A DNA stretch of 64,000 nt, taken from the NCBI GenBank assembly GCA_051294905.1, contig CM119372.1:29948001-30012000 (forward strand), read 5' to 3'. The DNA comes from Botryllus schlosseri. Taxonomy: Eukaryota. Positions 47,101-61,600 of this stretch are shown here, one piece after another (the stretch's first letter is position 1; the number at the start of each line of letters is the position of its first letter). Both the position numbers and the translations under genes were made by a program. The notes below the pieces were generated by a model. It saw only the letters and a program-made list of their open reading frames with translations, had not been told where the DNA came from and did not search any database.

Positions 47101-48276
47101 CAAGTTGAAGTAATTTCGTTTAAAGAAAGGTTCTGCCCGCCCGCCCGCACTGGGTCATCGGAACCACATCCCCTCTACAAATCAATTTTAAATGTCAACA
47201 CTAATGCCGGCCGCTTTACGGGCAGCCATTTGCCGACAATGTAAAATACATTGGATTCACCTTGTCTGAACCACCTTCTTTTACCATCTGATACTTTGCT
47301 CGGTCAGTACCGCACGCCACTTTGTATTTGGTCACCCACTGGTCGTAATATTGCGGCCTTCCTTGGGTGATCACCCCAGCCACTCTTTTCACCGTTTCGA
47401 AGTCTACTTCGATCCACGCACCGACAGAATCTTCAAGTTGATAATAAGTACCCAATCAATAATTATTTTTATAATACTTTCGCCGGAATATCGTCTCTGG
47501 CATCATGTAGACGTTCACCTTTTCATATATTGTCATAACTCACTATCCTGCAGCTTCTAGTGTTTTAATATTACCTTAAATGTACAAAAAATATTGTCGC
47601 TATTTAACTCATGTACATCCAACAATATTTCATTGAAGCTATTGTCAATAGGCGAATTGAAATGGACAATTATTACTTTTTTTCGAAGACCATGAACCAG
47701 TGCTTTGATGAGAGATTCTGTTATCGAGACGCGCGCGGTAGGGCTCGTAGGTTTCTCTCCAGTACCCAGAAGCAGTAACTGCGTGATTGGGAATCAGTCC
47801 CGATTTCATTCCCATGTAACAAACTGCAATATTGATCAATTTTTATGCTGACGAACAACATGAGAATAGTATTCCATACTTACGTTCAAACTTTCTGATA
47901 AAGTTTCTTAAGCCTTTGAAAAAGAGATGGATGGATTAAACGGGGCCTACGTGTCGTAGGCCCCGGATGTGATGATTAGAGTAGTTTTTGCTGTTTATTC
48001 AACAAAATACCGAATATTTTCGTTGCCTATCGCCTGTTAGCCTCTATGATTAGGGTAATACTCATAAAATTGATCTGATGCCAAAGTCTCCGACATGTCT
48101 GTCAAGTTCGTACAAGAACGAACACCGCGTATTAGCCTGCTGATAATTTTCTCCGAATACCTACTGTTGTCAACAATCGATTGCGTCATTTCCTCCATTG
48201 CGTCTTCCACTCCGTAATCAGCCGTTCTTCCACAAGCGCATATCGAAGCCAAACAAATTAGAACTTTCAGATTCAT
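41185..48276 (-). CDS. Host secreted F5/8 type C (discoidin) domain gene; exons ~48041..48276, 47677..47823, 47261..47430, 41185..41346
   Basis: Signal peptide; CYMGMKSGLIP..ARLD..SW; WIEVDF..VAGVITQGR..QWVTKY; YTGNSD..RYIRIYP..SMRLE. The last two introns are GT-AG and phase-compatible. The exon 1 donor is unresolved. Confidence 0.85.
41603..42298. repeat. Tandem duplication, ~350-bp unit
   Basis: AAATTACA(T/C)TGGTCTACAAATTTC...TACAACAGCAACAGA...ACCCATAAA repeated twice. Confidence 0.75.
43264..45434. mobile_element. hAT-type MITE (same family as 23777..25271)
   Basis: TIR CAGTGGTTCTCAAC; degenerate TSD CTATAGAC/CTATCGAT; lies inside an older element (~42939..46178). Confidence 0.8.
44001..45253. 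mobile_element. MITE with AGTAGA subterminal repeats nested in 43264..45434
   Basis: TIR CAGAGGTGGTCA; perfect TSD GTTATTTT; the internal region recurs at ~52150..52925. Confidence 0.88.
45690..45944 (-). mobile_element. tRNA-derived SINE
   Basis: A box TAGCGCAGTGG and B box GGTTCGAGTCC; body recurs near 50530..50640 and 51620..51730. Confidence 0.65.
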
Positions 48277-49840
48277 CTTGTCAGCTCGTGTTGCAGTCTA
48301 ATAGCAATGTGCTTGGAGTGGTTTGGAACCTTGTTATATAGAAATAACACGAACGGCTGGATGAGAATAATATTGCCTAATATAGTAACATAATATGCTA
48401 ATACATTGTACACAACGGAGAGAAATCCTACAGGTGAAAGTATTCCCTTCTTGGAGTGGACGCATATCTATATACTCTTCATGGAATCTTCAATTAGGCA
48501 TGTTTACTCAAGTTTGTTTGGTCTACCTACTTGCCTCAGTTAATCTATTGATTTTGGTGCCTCCTTGATGAATTTCCCTCATCCAAGTATTTAAATTCGT
48601 GTCGTTGACGCTTCGAGGTGGTCGAAATTGTCTCGTCCCTGCGATTCGCTTTTATCAGACCTAATTACTTTGAGACTTTCTTTCGATTTCAAATTCCGAG
48701 AAATCCCCAAACAGATATTTTGATCAAACGATAGAGTGAAATAGATATACCGCAGTTGAAAAATTTGTTTCTGCTCTCATTATCATATATATACAAGGAA
48801 GTTAAGTGAGAATACGGAAGTTTTCTGTGCGCGCGAACGCATTTCAACCTTTCTCGCAAATACTTGAGATAATATCAGATTTATGATGAGTCAGGTAGGA
48901 ATGTCATCCAGGGTTATTTGGGAGTTTTCAAAATGGAATAAGCTCGCAGACGATCCAAAGTTATTTCGTAAATTAACATAACATGGTATATTTTGAGACA
49001 GATTTTTTTATCTTGAAACTTTCTTCGCTCTTCTCGCGATTCACCGCGACTCATTTGTTGAATATAATGTGGGAAATCCCCAAAAATATATATACGGCAA
49101 CCTAATATCGTATGAATCCGTTCGGATGCAGGGGTGGGCACATTTTGATAGTCACGCCATATCATCGTAACAACTTTGATGAGCATGTCACTCATTCGCT
49201 AAGGTACCAAACTGTTGACTTAATAACGACCAGAGCAACCACAGAATATCGATCATTACGCGTCTAATATTAAATGATGCAAATGTTACGTACGTTAGGC
49301 CATAGGTCTAGTGCGGTAGCGTCCAAAATGTTTACCCGTCGCGACTAATACACTAACTAAGAATCACTGGCATAACCGATTCTTATGCCAGCTGCAGATA
49401 CGCGGTTTGTGGAATTCCTTACTTGAAATGCTAAATATGACAAAATTAAAAACGTTTGACACGCAAGTTGGTAATATTTTGACATTTTGGACATTTTGGC
49501 ACGCTTTCTACGAAAGGTTACCTTCACTTGTCTTACATCATGTTATCAAACAGAGTATTTGGCGATATGATTTGCGGTAAGAACATTTTCAGACAGGCAT
49601 TTGAAAAGAAAGAGATCAACTCAGTTGTCGAAGCGAGACGGATACTGTGAACAAAGAATTTATTTTTCCCTGCGGCAGACGTTGATGCTTTCACAACGAA
49701 TTGCGCTTATTTGTTTTATATTTCATCTCTTCAAAACGCTACAAGACTGAGATACAAACACGTAGTTTTGAAGTAGTAGTTGTGAAAACGGTCGTAATTC
49801 GTTCGCATGGACTAAAGCTGCGAATCTAGCAATGCGGAAG

Positions 49841-52076
49841 CAGTGACGTGTGGTCAGGGGAAGCTAGTGAGGCAGTGCCTCACCTGTCGACAGGATGGGT
49901 GTAAAGGACAATTGTGAAAACCTTCAATGACTATTATTGATATTTACCGCTGATGTTTATGAATAACTAAATTTGAACACTTTTTCAGCCATTATCACCA
50001 AATTTCATATTTATTTTTCAAAAATATAGCGTGAAGGGAGAGGTGATGCACAGGTGCGGCAGGGGTGAATCGTGCCTCACCTGCGACAATGCAATTTATC
50101 ATAAACAGCTCAGAATTAGTAATAACTAGTATCAATCGAATGCTATTGTCGCACCGATTCGGAAAATCCGAATATTACCAATCATAGAGTACTGGAACTC
50201 CCTCAAAATCGTCAAGGAATGTGAAATTTGGCTTTAATTCACGTACAATAGCAGCTCGTGGAAAACAAAAGCAAGGTGAGGCACAATTGAAGCTGCCTCA
50301 CTGACTATTCACTAACAATCGGATAATCGCAGCAGAGTGGAACGCGCTATCGATTTCGAAAACCGACAGTACAGTGCTGTATGAATTGTATTGTAGCGAC
50401 GGCCAATACGTGATGCGGAGCAAATACATTACCTTACTGATGTAGCTGGTATGTGTTTTCCATCCATACCTGCCTTAAATTGTGGTAGCCACTTACATAG
50501 CCTGCGTTGTCGTTCTTTGTGGCCGTTACGGTGTTTTCGACTGCATAGTCATTTACATCAGGTCGATATTTCCCGCTATCATTCCATATCTGCCCACTTG
50601 TAGGTAGCACGGCCCACTTCTAGGCTTTTGCAAGGCACCGCTTATACATGGGTCAGATGGCGAGAAGGGGCCAAGATAGCCTGATTGTGAAGATGGCTAA
50701 TGTGATAAGCCAACTCAATTAGCTAACCTTTCAGGTTTTGTATATTTGCGATTCTTATTAAAAGGAAATCAAAGGAAACCCGATTATGAATATAACACTG
50801 ATTTTCCACAGTCTGCATGTTTTCAACCGTTTTAGTTTGATGTTAGTGAGTGACATATTTAAATTTGCTGATACAGTGAATCGGACGAGCAAAGGGCAAT
50901 AGAACACCGAAATTAGGACCATAAATAAACTATTTTTTGGTTTTGCTTTCATACTTTTCGTTGGGCAATCTGTAACGAAATATTTCACCGAAGGAAAAAA
51001 TGAAATGTGTATTGTGGAATGTAGAAATGTAACGGCTAACAAGGTGCTGATAAAATGTTGTCGTCGACCCGCTTTCTCTTTCTGATGTTGTTATTCACAT
51101 CCTTGAGTATCTCTATGACAGGGGCGGGCAACTTCTCGAGTCGGCGGGCCGGATACAGGAAAATTAAGTACTTGGCGGGCCGGATTGCTGAATCGATACA
51201 ATATTCGCCCATTTATCCACATTCCACATATACAAGGAATAAATCGCATTTAATGAATACATTTTAACGGCAGTAATGTCACTTCAAAGCCATTTCTCGC
51301 CGATAATGACGAAGACAATGTGGATTTGAGAATAGCATTGTCATACAGGCGCCGCCATGTCTGCTTCTATCTGATCAATCAACACACGGTGCAATCCTCA
51401 ATTAAGATTTCAAGGCGTTCGATAACCCCGGTACCCCTAATTTACCAACACATATATTCGTTAGGGTTGAGTAGGTGACGAGATAGCATCGTTGTTCAAC
51501 TGTGTGGCCTGAGAAATCTCGATAATGAATTCATGCGGTCCGCGACCTCTACGAAATTTGAAAATTGGCCGCGACCCGTTTTGAGTTGGCTACCCCTGGT
51601 ATAAGCAGTGTTTTCGTCTTACAAAAGCCTAGAAGTGTGCCGTGCTACAAGTCGGCGGTTACAGAATGAAAAATAAGAAATATCAGCCTGGTGTAATTGA
51701 CCATTGTAGTCGACAAACACCATGATTACCACAAACGACATTAGGGTTGAGTACATCGCAAATGCCGATAATGCAAGTCTTCTCGCTTCGACGAAATTAC
51801 GCGTAAGATCCACTCTAGCACGCTGCGCATATACGTATATAATAACATGCACTATGCAGTCACTAAAATTTGACGTTATAAGCAAGTAGTGGGAAATCTC
51901 GGCAGACTAGGGCCGCGGGCCACATTATCATGTAAAACGGAAAACTGTCCGCGGGCCGGACAAAATCCCTTCGCGGGCCGTATGTTGCCCACCCCTGCTC
52001 TATGAGGTACCTAACGCGCGCGCGTGTGTGTGGGGGTCAGTGCCTCACCAGCCATGAACCTCACCACACGTCACTG
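49841..52076. mobile_element. Non-autonomous DNA element (TIR CAGTGACGTGTGGT) with nested MITEs
   Basis: TIRs, GCCTCACC subterminal motifs, near-perfect TSD TGCGGAAG/TGCGGAAA. Confidence 0.8.
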
Positions 52077-53156
52077 TGCGGAAAGTGGAGAGATCTTGAT
52101 TCATATCAATGCATCCCAGGAAGTATCAATTCCTGATATAATATAATTGTTCGTCCGCAACATGGGATGCAAATGATAGTATTGATATGGAAATGCGATG
52201 CTAATCCTTTGTTTACTCGAACACCCCGTTTTAGAAAATATCACTGTCATGGAGCCCTCCCCCATATTAAGAGGCCGGTAGTTTAGTCTAAGAGCAATAG
52301 GGAGAAGTTGTATCAGATACGGTGCCAACACTTTGCGCGATAAGTACACGATGATAAAAAAATATGGCGGATGGTAAAATGCTGTATAGTGTGGCTTTCT
52401 TTTCGAAAATGTATGTATGTATGTTCTCCAGACAAAAGAACTGAAATAAATTGGAACTAAAAGTATGATACTGTGAGTTGCAAGAGAAGTACTAATACTA
52501 CTTCTAAAAAGCGGAAAATTTATTTCATGTCTTTTGTCAAGAAATTTCAACGGTGGTTTGCTAAAACAGGTCTAACGCTCAAAAAAGTCAAAGTCCACTT
52601 TTCCAGATTATGGCGCACGACATCATTTCGAAACAGAAGCATTAAACGTTATGATGTGCCATGTTTACTATGATGTAATACTTCATAAGGGCGAAAATGC
52701 AGTGTGAACGGAACCACACAACCCGCTACCTAAATTATATTCACCGATACTTTTGTGAAAGTATATTCGCCAATCCACAGCTACTGCGCGCGCAGCGCGA
52801 CGAATTTTCTGGACTTACTTATATGAAAATTAAATGTTTGTACTCCGTGAAAACAGCCCCAAAATTTCTGAGGCTATCTGTCAGATTAGTTAAAGGATTA
52901 AACTACTTCTACTTGACAAACTAGAAAGGTCGAAAATTTATTCTAATTACCGAGATTTTTACGAATTCCGTAATTCTAATTGTTATCCAACTTGGACAAA
53001 GCTGTATAGCTATCCGCAGTCTAATTCCAATCTAATTCTGATACGAGTGCATTGCTATAATACTAATTGTAATCGAATTCTGAAAAAACATTCTAGCTAT
53101 ACTTTTCAATTTATAATCGAATTCTGAAATAAAAACCGGCGTAGCTATCATTCTAA

Positions 53157-53372
53157 TTGTACGACCGTCTCGTCCTTGCTCCTTGCCCTAATACGGGCAC
53201 GAAATTTGTGAAAGCTTCACTCAAGAGACTGGGTTTCGACGTGTTCGACTTTGTGGAGCGTCGCTACTGTCTGGAGCAGGAACGGGTGGCCGTGTTCAGC
53301 CAGAGATGGGGCGAAGATACATTTGGAAAAACGTACAAAGATGTTGACGCCGCCGTGAACCTGCAGGCCTAA
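53157..53372 (+). pseudogene. Fragment of a P-loop sulfotransferase-like (Sulfotransfer_4-type) gene
   Basis: PNTGTKFVKASLKRLGFDVFD...YKDVDAAVNL resembles the family's N-terminal xxTGTxSxxxALxxLGxxVxD and DVDAxxD motifs; truncated between repeats. Confidence 0.6.
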
Positions 53373-56300
53373 TTCAGTGAATTATGTATGGGGTTCTCAA
53401 TATATGGGCCGGGACCCAAACATGGATCGCGAAGGGTATAATTGTGGGTCGGGACGTCACCAGAGCGATCTTTTATTGTTTGTTGATTTTTTTTTGCTAC
53501 AAAAAAGTTCTATTCGTCACTCGCGATTACCAGTGGATAGTGTGTAGGCTACGTATCTGAGCTCATTGTGTTGCGTACTATAGCCAATAAGTGAGAAACG
53601 TAGAAAAGTCGTTACTACAATATGGCTTGATCATGAAAACATGCCGACATTTGTATTACACACGAACGGATTCGAATTAAGGATAATATCTGTCTGACAC
53701 TGGTTACTCTGGAAAACACCGTCGGCGACCGTTGGGATGTTTTTGTGTAGGGGTATGCAACGAGTGGATGCGGGATTTTGAGACACCGGTTTTTCGAGGC
53801 CAGCCACTTCCGCGCCGGGACATATGAAGACATGACGTTTTTTGGCCAACATACGGTTAAAAAGATCGGCAGCAATAAAACCGTGGCTAAAATGAGGGTC
53901 GCTGGTTGGCCAAATCCTTAGATGATGATATGTCAGGTCGTGGAAATGGTTAGCACCGAATAGCCCCGTCCTGGCAATCTGAGTAGACATTAGTACACTT
54001 GCTGTACAAATGCTACCCGTGGAGCCGGGGTCACCCACACGCGGCCCACGAGGTCACATTTTGCGGCCCACGAGCTGATTTGAAATTTTGGAAGAACGCT
54101 TAGTAAAGCATTTTGAATTGCTGAAATTGGTTTCATTTTAAACATATTGTTGTTGTTGTTCTAGGTTAACTATTCTCCTGTGCCCAATATCACCATCCCT
54201 CACTATAGCTGATACGAATTCGGCGATGATAATATCATTTCATGGAGGAAGAATTTGCTGATATGAATGGGTATTAGGGCTGTTCAAAAATAACTTATTT
54301 TTCGGATTCCCGCCTTTCTTTGATTAAATTGTCAGGTTATCCTAAAAAACTCTGCACACCAAATTTAGTTCAATTCTACAAGTATTAGCCGCCGCGGAGC
54401 CAATTAAAAAAAATTTATTAGGGAAAATTTAAAAAAAAGGAATCCGAAAAAAAATAATTTCTGAACAGCCCTAAACACTTGATAACCCGGTTTGTTCCCA
54501 AAACTAGTCCTACGATATGTTTTCTGTTCTGTCCAAGGACAGAACGGATTTCCACTTGAAAGCATTGGAATCGACTTTCATTAAACTGAACAATCCGGTC
54601 ATGTGCCGACAGAAAGAATATTGGTATAACCCTAAGATTTCCCACTAGTTGCTGTTGTGTAGTTGTTGTGTGTTTTGCTATTAAACACCGTTTCTTGTTC
54701 CTGTGTATATTACATTTGCTACGTTAATTGTATCGTTTGTGTCTCACGCTCGCATTACTGTTTTACGCTACCGTTGCTATACGCTGCATTGTTGCCATAA
54801 TGGGCATATGGCCTTGACGTGCAATGGCCCACCACTGCCAGGGCCAAGACGCTTAGAAAACGACTTCTGGCTCTCCAAAATACCACGCTTTACGAGGAGA
54901 TAGTTTGCCAGCAAGTATACCGTGTCTATCTAACCCCATTATCGATTCTTTAATCCAGGTGTGGCAAATCTGCGGCAATAGAATGGAAATTATGCGGCCG
55001 TCGACACTTAATTCGATTAGGATGTGTTGGCGGCCGTCAATATGCAAATTGGATTTAATAATTACCTCTCTAATTAATGAGAGGTTTGAATTATTCTTGA
55101 AATATTCTTTGCGCTACATGCGGTTCAATGCGAGTTGATTTCCGATTTTAATATAGTACTGTCCTTTGTAATCTGAGCTCCATAATACATATGCAAACAG
55201 CAGAGGAAAATGATGCGCCCCATAAATACCAAATTTCATCACAAGGGAAATTTGTTTGTGGTTGACCTACGTTTGGGCGAATCCAATATGTCTCCACTAT
55301 ACCGACAATCCTGACGGGAGGTAAAGAAATAACAGCATGCAACAAAAGGGACTAATAACAATTGGTGCATACAAAGATGCAGTACAGAATTAATAACTTC
55401 CCTAAATATTCGAAAACACCCCCCGCGTAGACTAATATTTTTGAGGAAATTCACTCATAAACTAGAAAACGAATACCTGAGGCCATTTAACATGCCTGGT
55501 TTGCGTAATGCCTACTCGCGATTTCCGTGCGCATAGTAAGCCGATATGAGTAAATAGATTATATATATCGACTTTTCAATTAAATATAAAGGACAAAAGA
55601 AAACAGGAAAAAGAGAACATCAAGAGAATCAGTTTTGGCCTCGTGTTAAGCGCCTCCAGCGTAGTCGGTCGTGGGCGTCTTCAAGCGACAGTCCGCGTTG
55701 CGCTAAATTGATCTCCATTGTCGAGCGCCATTTTGTTCTATTCCAGCCGCCTCTGCGCCATGGACTTCAAAGGCAATGTGCAATTGGACATGGACAGATT
55801 ACCGTGGGTATTCGGCCTCCAGTTAGTTCATTACGGCCGCCCCTGCTTTAGTTGTTGAAGAGTGTTGTCGGGTATCGTGCGCAGCTCATAGTTCAAAATA
55901 GAATGAAAGTGATGATCATGATATTTTTGTTGTATTTATATTTCTTCAATAAAATATTATTTCCTTCGTGTTAACTATGCCCTTCGCCCATGTTAGAGAG
56001 CACAACGTTGCACCGAAGTTAAATTATCAAACTGTGGTTGTTAATTAAACTGCGTTGCCTATTTATATCTCGATATTGAAGTCATGTGGTCCGCGGGCGC
56101 TATGAATTTCGAAAAGTGGCCCGCGACCCGTTTTGAGTTGGCGACCCCTGGTTTAAAATATGTAGTATACACAAAGTGTTTTTGAACACCGTTTGTTTTA
56201 AATGCAACCCTGGGTGAAGCACAGGCGGGCCGAGCGTTATTGTCTTGCCCCTCAAAGACATCTTTGTGCTGCCACGAGAGCAATTATGTTGCTCCTTACG

Positions 56301-58612
56301 AAAATTAACTTACAAGTATAGCAACAGTGTTGATAAATTAATTACAAAATTGAAATTTTGTCTCCAAGAGCCATACGCTATATCTCAAAGAGCCATATGT
56401 TATACCCCAAAGAGCCATATATGGGTCACGAGCCATAGGTTCTCGCTCCCTGGTGTTGGCCATGTTGGTGGACATACGACCGTCAAACAATATTTATTCG
56501 GATGTCTACAATTAAATAAATTGGTGTGTGTCTGCGGACGTCAACATGTAATTTGAATTTGCGAATTGACTCTCAGACTTTCAAAAATTTTCTTAGCGCC
56601 CCGCGAGCCTCTCGATGATTGTATTATTCCATCAGCACCGCCACACCGTAGAAATGCGAATCACGGAGGTAAATGATGACCCCATAAAGCAGGGGAGGGC
56701 GACATACTGCCCGCGGGCCGGATCCGCCCGCGACGGGATTTTGAGCGGCTCGCAGATAGATTCTATCCTGTAAGTCAGGGGTGGCCAACCTTTTCGGCCA
56801 AAGGGCCACATGGAAGTGGCGAGCCAGTGCGCGGGCCACTAGCCGAGGGAGGCGCGATTTTTTTTAAAGTTTATAGGTCAATAATATTGTTACTTGAGTA
56901 TATTGTAGGTTTGATTTATATAGCTGGGCTCAGTTAGCAATGTCTCGACTATTCGGCGCCTGGAAAAATCGTTATCGAAAGCTTCAGCCAACATTCGTCA
57001 ATCATTTTGTGCCTAGGTTTCATCGTCGACGGTCTTTCTGCGAGCTGAAACTTATGTTGGACGGCACTTTCTCTCGTAATTGCGAATTTAGGCTCAATCT
57101 AGTACATTAGGCGTTCTTTCATTTTCAGGAGGGGTAACAATATTAAAAGCAAGAAATCGAGTAACAGCATATTGCGGGAAGCGTGAATAAAATTTTACTT
57201 TGTATAAGTCTACCGCAGAATATTCTGCTTTATTGTAATGTATGACTATCTACCAAAAATGTAACCGGCCCATGGATCTGCCAATGCGTCGGAACTGATA
57301 TTTTAGTCGTGGCATCCCAAGTTTTGCGGCCATACTGCTCAAATTTTTGGTTGGCCTTGCAAGTTCACAATCTGGGCAATCCATTTTTGATGATATTACT
57401 AATTTCGAAAATTACCTCGCGGGCCACTCAAAACCTTCTCGCGGGTCACGGGTCGGCCGCTCCTGCTGTAAGTGAAATTCGAATCTAAAAGTATTGACAA
57501 ATTTCATGCACTCAGAGTTCAAAGAACTTGTTGACAATTTTCATCGACCACAGATGTCTGATTGACTTCAACAGCTATTGAAGTACATTAGATTAATAAA
57601 TTCATTAAATACTGTTTATGGTCTCCATGCGCTGAACTTAAAGTTTACATTAAATGCGATTTATTCCTTGTAAAAGTGGATAAATACACAATTGATGTAT
57701 CAATTCTGTAATCAGGCACGCCAAGTAGGCCTACTTCATTTTCCCATATCAGGCCCGCCGACTGGAGAGGTTCCCCGCCCCTGCCATAAAGAAATACCAG
57801 CTTGTGATAGTGTGCGTCTCACAAATGAAGTATTTTTTGGAGCGTTTGGGTAATTCCAATCTATATTTTGACTATACCGACAATCCAGATAGAAGGTCAA
57901 AAAATAACAACATTTAAAAAATTTGATCATTAATAATCCGAAGATGTATCATAACAATGTCATCGTCAGATTATTATCAGATTCATCCTGTATTCAAGCA
58001 GTTTTAGAAATTTACAAACGGATATAGGATAGGTGTGGGAGCGATGCGGTAGAGGACCGAAATATTAGAAAAATTATCTGTGATAATTCCATGACTATAC
58101 ACTCCGTTTATTTGTTGATAATTGCAAGATCGCAGAATCTTTTCTCACATTCAATTAACTCCAACTTGCGCGGGTTTTGAGGTCTGTGACAGATATTGTC
58201 TCTTTTTGGGGGTGTAAATCACTTCCGATCGACGTAAACATGAACAAACCAGCAAGCATTTTTAATGTGAAGTGTAGGGATTGTGTCATGCTATATGATG
58301 GCACATATTTTTTTATTAAATACCGTCTTTGGCTGGACCTTTTTCAATTCGATTACAAAATTTATAGAGGTAGGACTAATGCCACCATAGGCAAATCAAG
58401 CAAAATTACAGAAGCACGCCTACGTACAGAGAGACGGTATGCCATAACTACTCTACCTGTGGTATCTTGTCGCTATTTGCAGGTGTGTTGTGCATAGAAA
58501 TGCCCATTTTGTGAATAATACGTCATACCTTTGAAAGCAACCACTGATATCAGTCATATGTCTATTTCGGAATAGAGGTGGAGTTCGTATCTGTTCTGCC
58601 TTGCTGACTAGG

Positions 58613-61600
58613 TTACTCTAGAGGGCCGTACGCTTGTAACTGACAAAGAGCTCCATAGTTGCGTTCTGATTTGGTTTGCGTTACGAAACCATCTTTTTCT
58701 CGCTGCGAAGCCTCGAACACACGAAGTACAATTTGACGTACTGATTTGCGACAGGAATAGCACAGCCTGGTAATGTTGGCTTGCGTTACATTTGACAAGT
58801 ACGTTTTTCTCTCCTGTGAATTAAAAGGACAGGGTTTAGTTATGTAAAAAGAATTGGGCGATAATCGCCACCACTGCAAACTCGGGTAGGTAAATTGGGG
58901 AATTTAATATCTTAAATCACCGTATGTAACTATATTGTAGGCTACACCGCAATCATTGAATCGGTGGTAGGATATATACGATGATACTGTATATTCAGCG
59001 CTGTAATCCACGGGGATTCAAAATGACCCAATTCTTGTACTTTAAGAAAGTAACGTGACTCTAGTCACCTATACATGCAAACCCCTTTGGATTATAGGTG
59101 AATGCATATTGTGCATTGCGCGAAACGAGACCGTAGCCCTTCCTGTTGTCACTTTTTAACTGCCATGGGTCGGCAACTTCTTCCTCGTAGTAATAATAAA
59201 TAAAGAGTTTGGTTATCCGAAGCGTAGGGAAAAGGATTTTCGACAGTATATAACGTCACAAAATCATCGTGGATGGATGGATGATTTGATTGAAAAGTTA
59301 CAAGCGATTTTCTTTTATTTTGGAATAAAATAAATTCTTGACGAAAGTGTCGGGGAATGTCTATTGTTCTATATATCCCTAATTGTGGTATCACTTGGAA
59401 CGAGGGGTCGCGTCACAAATATTACAGGGGGGTCATTGTTATTAATTAATCTTGCTATTTTGAGACCGCCCAGCTGCTATATGGTTAAAAGATATTGGAA
59501 TCGCACAAATGTACCAGACTGAACAAAAAGAAGAACCTCTTTCGTGAGACACACACGATTTCAAGTTTACATTTCATCGCGGGTGTGGTATTTTGTCAGG
59601 CTGCCAAGACAAGACTATTCGGTGTCGACCATTCAAGCTCGTATATGAACATCAACTCACAATTGGGCATATATACATCAACGGCGCAGAAATTCCTATT
59701 TCTATATATTAGACTAAATCAATTTTTTTCTGGGAGATGGGGTAATCATATTAAATCAAATCATGTGCGTAGCGCGACATTTCAAATTTAATGATTCTAA
59801 CAAAAAATACTCCCTCAATTCATGTTTATTTACAAAATAATGTTGGGCTCCCATTCGAACTCACTTTCAATAGGGGGTGCTGCTGGGAGGAATTAAAAGA
59901 CGGAGAAGGTACGCGATTAATCATCTTGAGCTATTATGTTCATACCACACGGCAAGACTATTCTTGAGTTTCAGGAGTGTGAGCGTAGGGCAGGCCACTT
60001 GTAATCACTTACTTGGTTGAAGCATGCTGTTTTTTCGAGACCTCCAGAGAAAGTCACTCCAAAGATCGCTCACACCTTCAACAATTAATTAAAAGGGAAA
60101 TTTGGTCTTTGGTGAGATGCTCACGATTCCAAATTTGTATTCATTCATGGGGCGCAATATTTATTGCCCCTGCTCGCTGCATTTGTATCGCAGGATGCAA
60201 GGACAGGGCCATCCCGGGCGATCTCCGGTACAAGGTTCTAACGCTGGCGCTCTTTCTGGGATGGGATTTAGTGTTGCCTAACACAAATATGCCTTGGTTC
60301 GTCTTTATGGCGCGGAAAAGCTGATGCCTAATTGTCCCGCAACCACTAGCACCATATACGAATACAGTTAGATTCAATTCTGTACATCATGCATATTTTC
60401 ATTTAGGCTTATTTATTGATTTTGATTTATCAAGAGGCAGGCACTCAAGCGCGACGAAAAATTTCAAGTAGTATACATAGGATCAAAAGCCCTAACCCTA
60501 ATATTAATTTACGTAATATTTCGAAACATGGGGAGGGGTGGCAGGGCCTCTGTCGGCCCTCCTGGCTACGCCAGTGAGTCCTTCGGTGCTAGAGTGCAGC
60601 CGCAACATGCGGCGAATCGAGGGTATCTGGTCCGTTAGGGCAATATCATACGCGAGTGAAGTCATTCGTCAAGTCACGAAACACACACACACACACACCC
60701 TCTCTCTCATTGGTGAAATAAAGTATTTTGATAACTTTAATAATTATGCAATATAAACCATGAACTTGTTATTCTTCAAATGTCAGTCTATGCCCACAGC
60801 ATACAGCCATTGTGTACTGTGCATGGATAAAAACTGTGTTTATGACCGACGATTCGATTATTGGATACAGGAGACCTATTGTAACTCAGTGACAAGTGAC
60901 AACACTAGCTCGATGATAGACAAAAATATTTAATCTTCAACAGCATCGCTTTTTTTGATGAATAAGATCACGAATAGAAAACGATTATACTTTTCTTCGC
61001 AAATGACTTCCAAATACCAATCAACGAAATGAACGAATACATACCATTTGAACTACCAAACAGTTTCATTAGTACGAACCTGAAGACCTTATTTACCCTC
61101 AATTTTATCAATATATTTCTCTATGCTGTTACCTGCGACTTGTAAGTCATCCCTGTCTTAAATCCGGCCATTTTTTGTTTGTTGAGATGACTGGACTTAA
61201 CTAACTTTCGAGCATAGTCTGCTAGAGCTTCGAAATGTTCCGACGAATAAATATTGGCAAGGGAAGCGCCGTTGTTCTCGCAATACTTCTTCGCATCAGT
61301 CTGATTTATCGCCCCATATCTTGTACCTTCACCGAAGAAACAATATTCGTGATACGTGACACCGCAAAAAACCTGAAAATTGCGATAGTTCATGTTATCT
61401 TTCTTCGTCGACATTAAGGTAAGTTATTCTAATTAAAGACTTAAACTTGGTCCTTGCCGTTATAGCCCATGCAGCCAACAAGGACTTGTCCTTGGTGTAC
61501 CGGGAAGCGGCGCGATTTTCAAAACATGCCAACATATTTCATGTAGAAGTAAAAAACTATCTTAAGAGTATTCCATTGGATAATTTGAAAGAGTAGATCG

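Noticed and set aside
47941..47965. Helitron 3' hairpin or terminator
   Set aside because: No CTRR end at the expected distance, and a bacterial terminator makes no sense in this eukaryotic intron.
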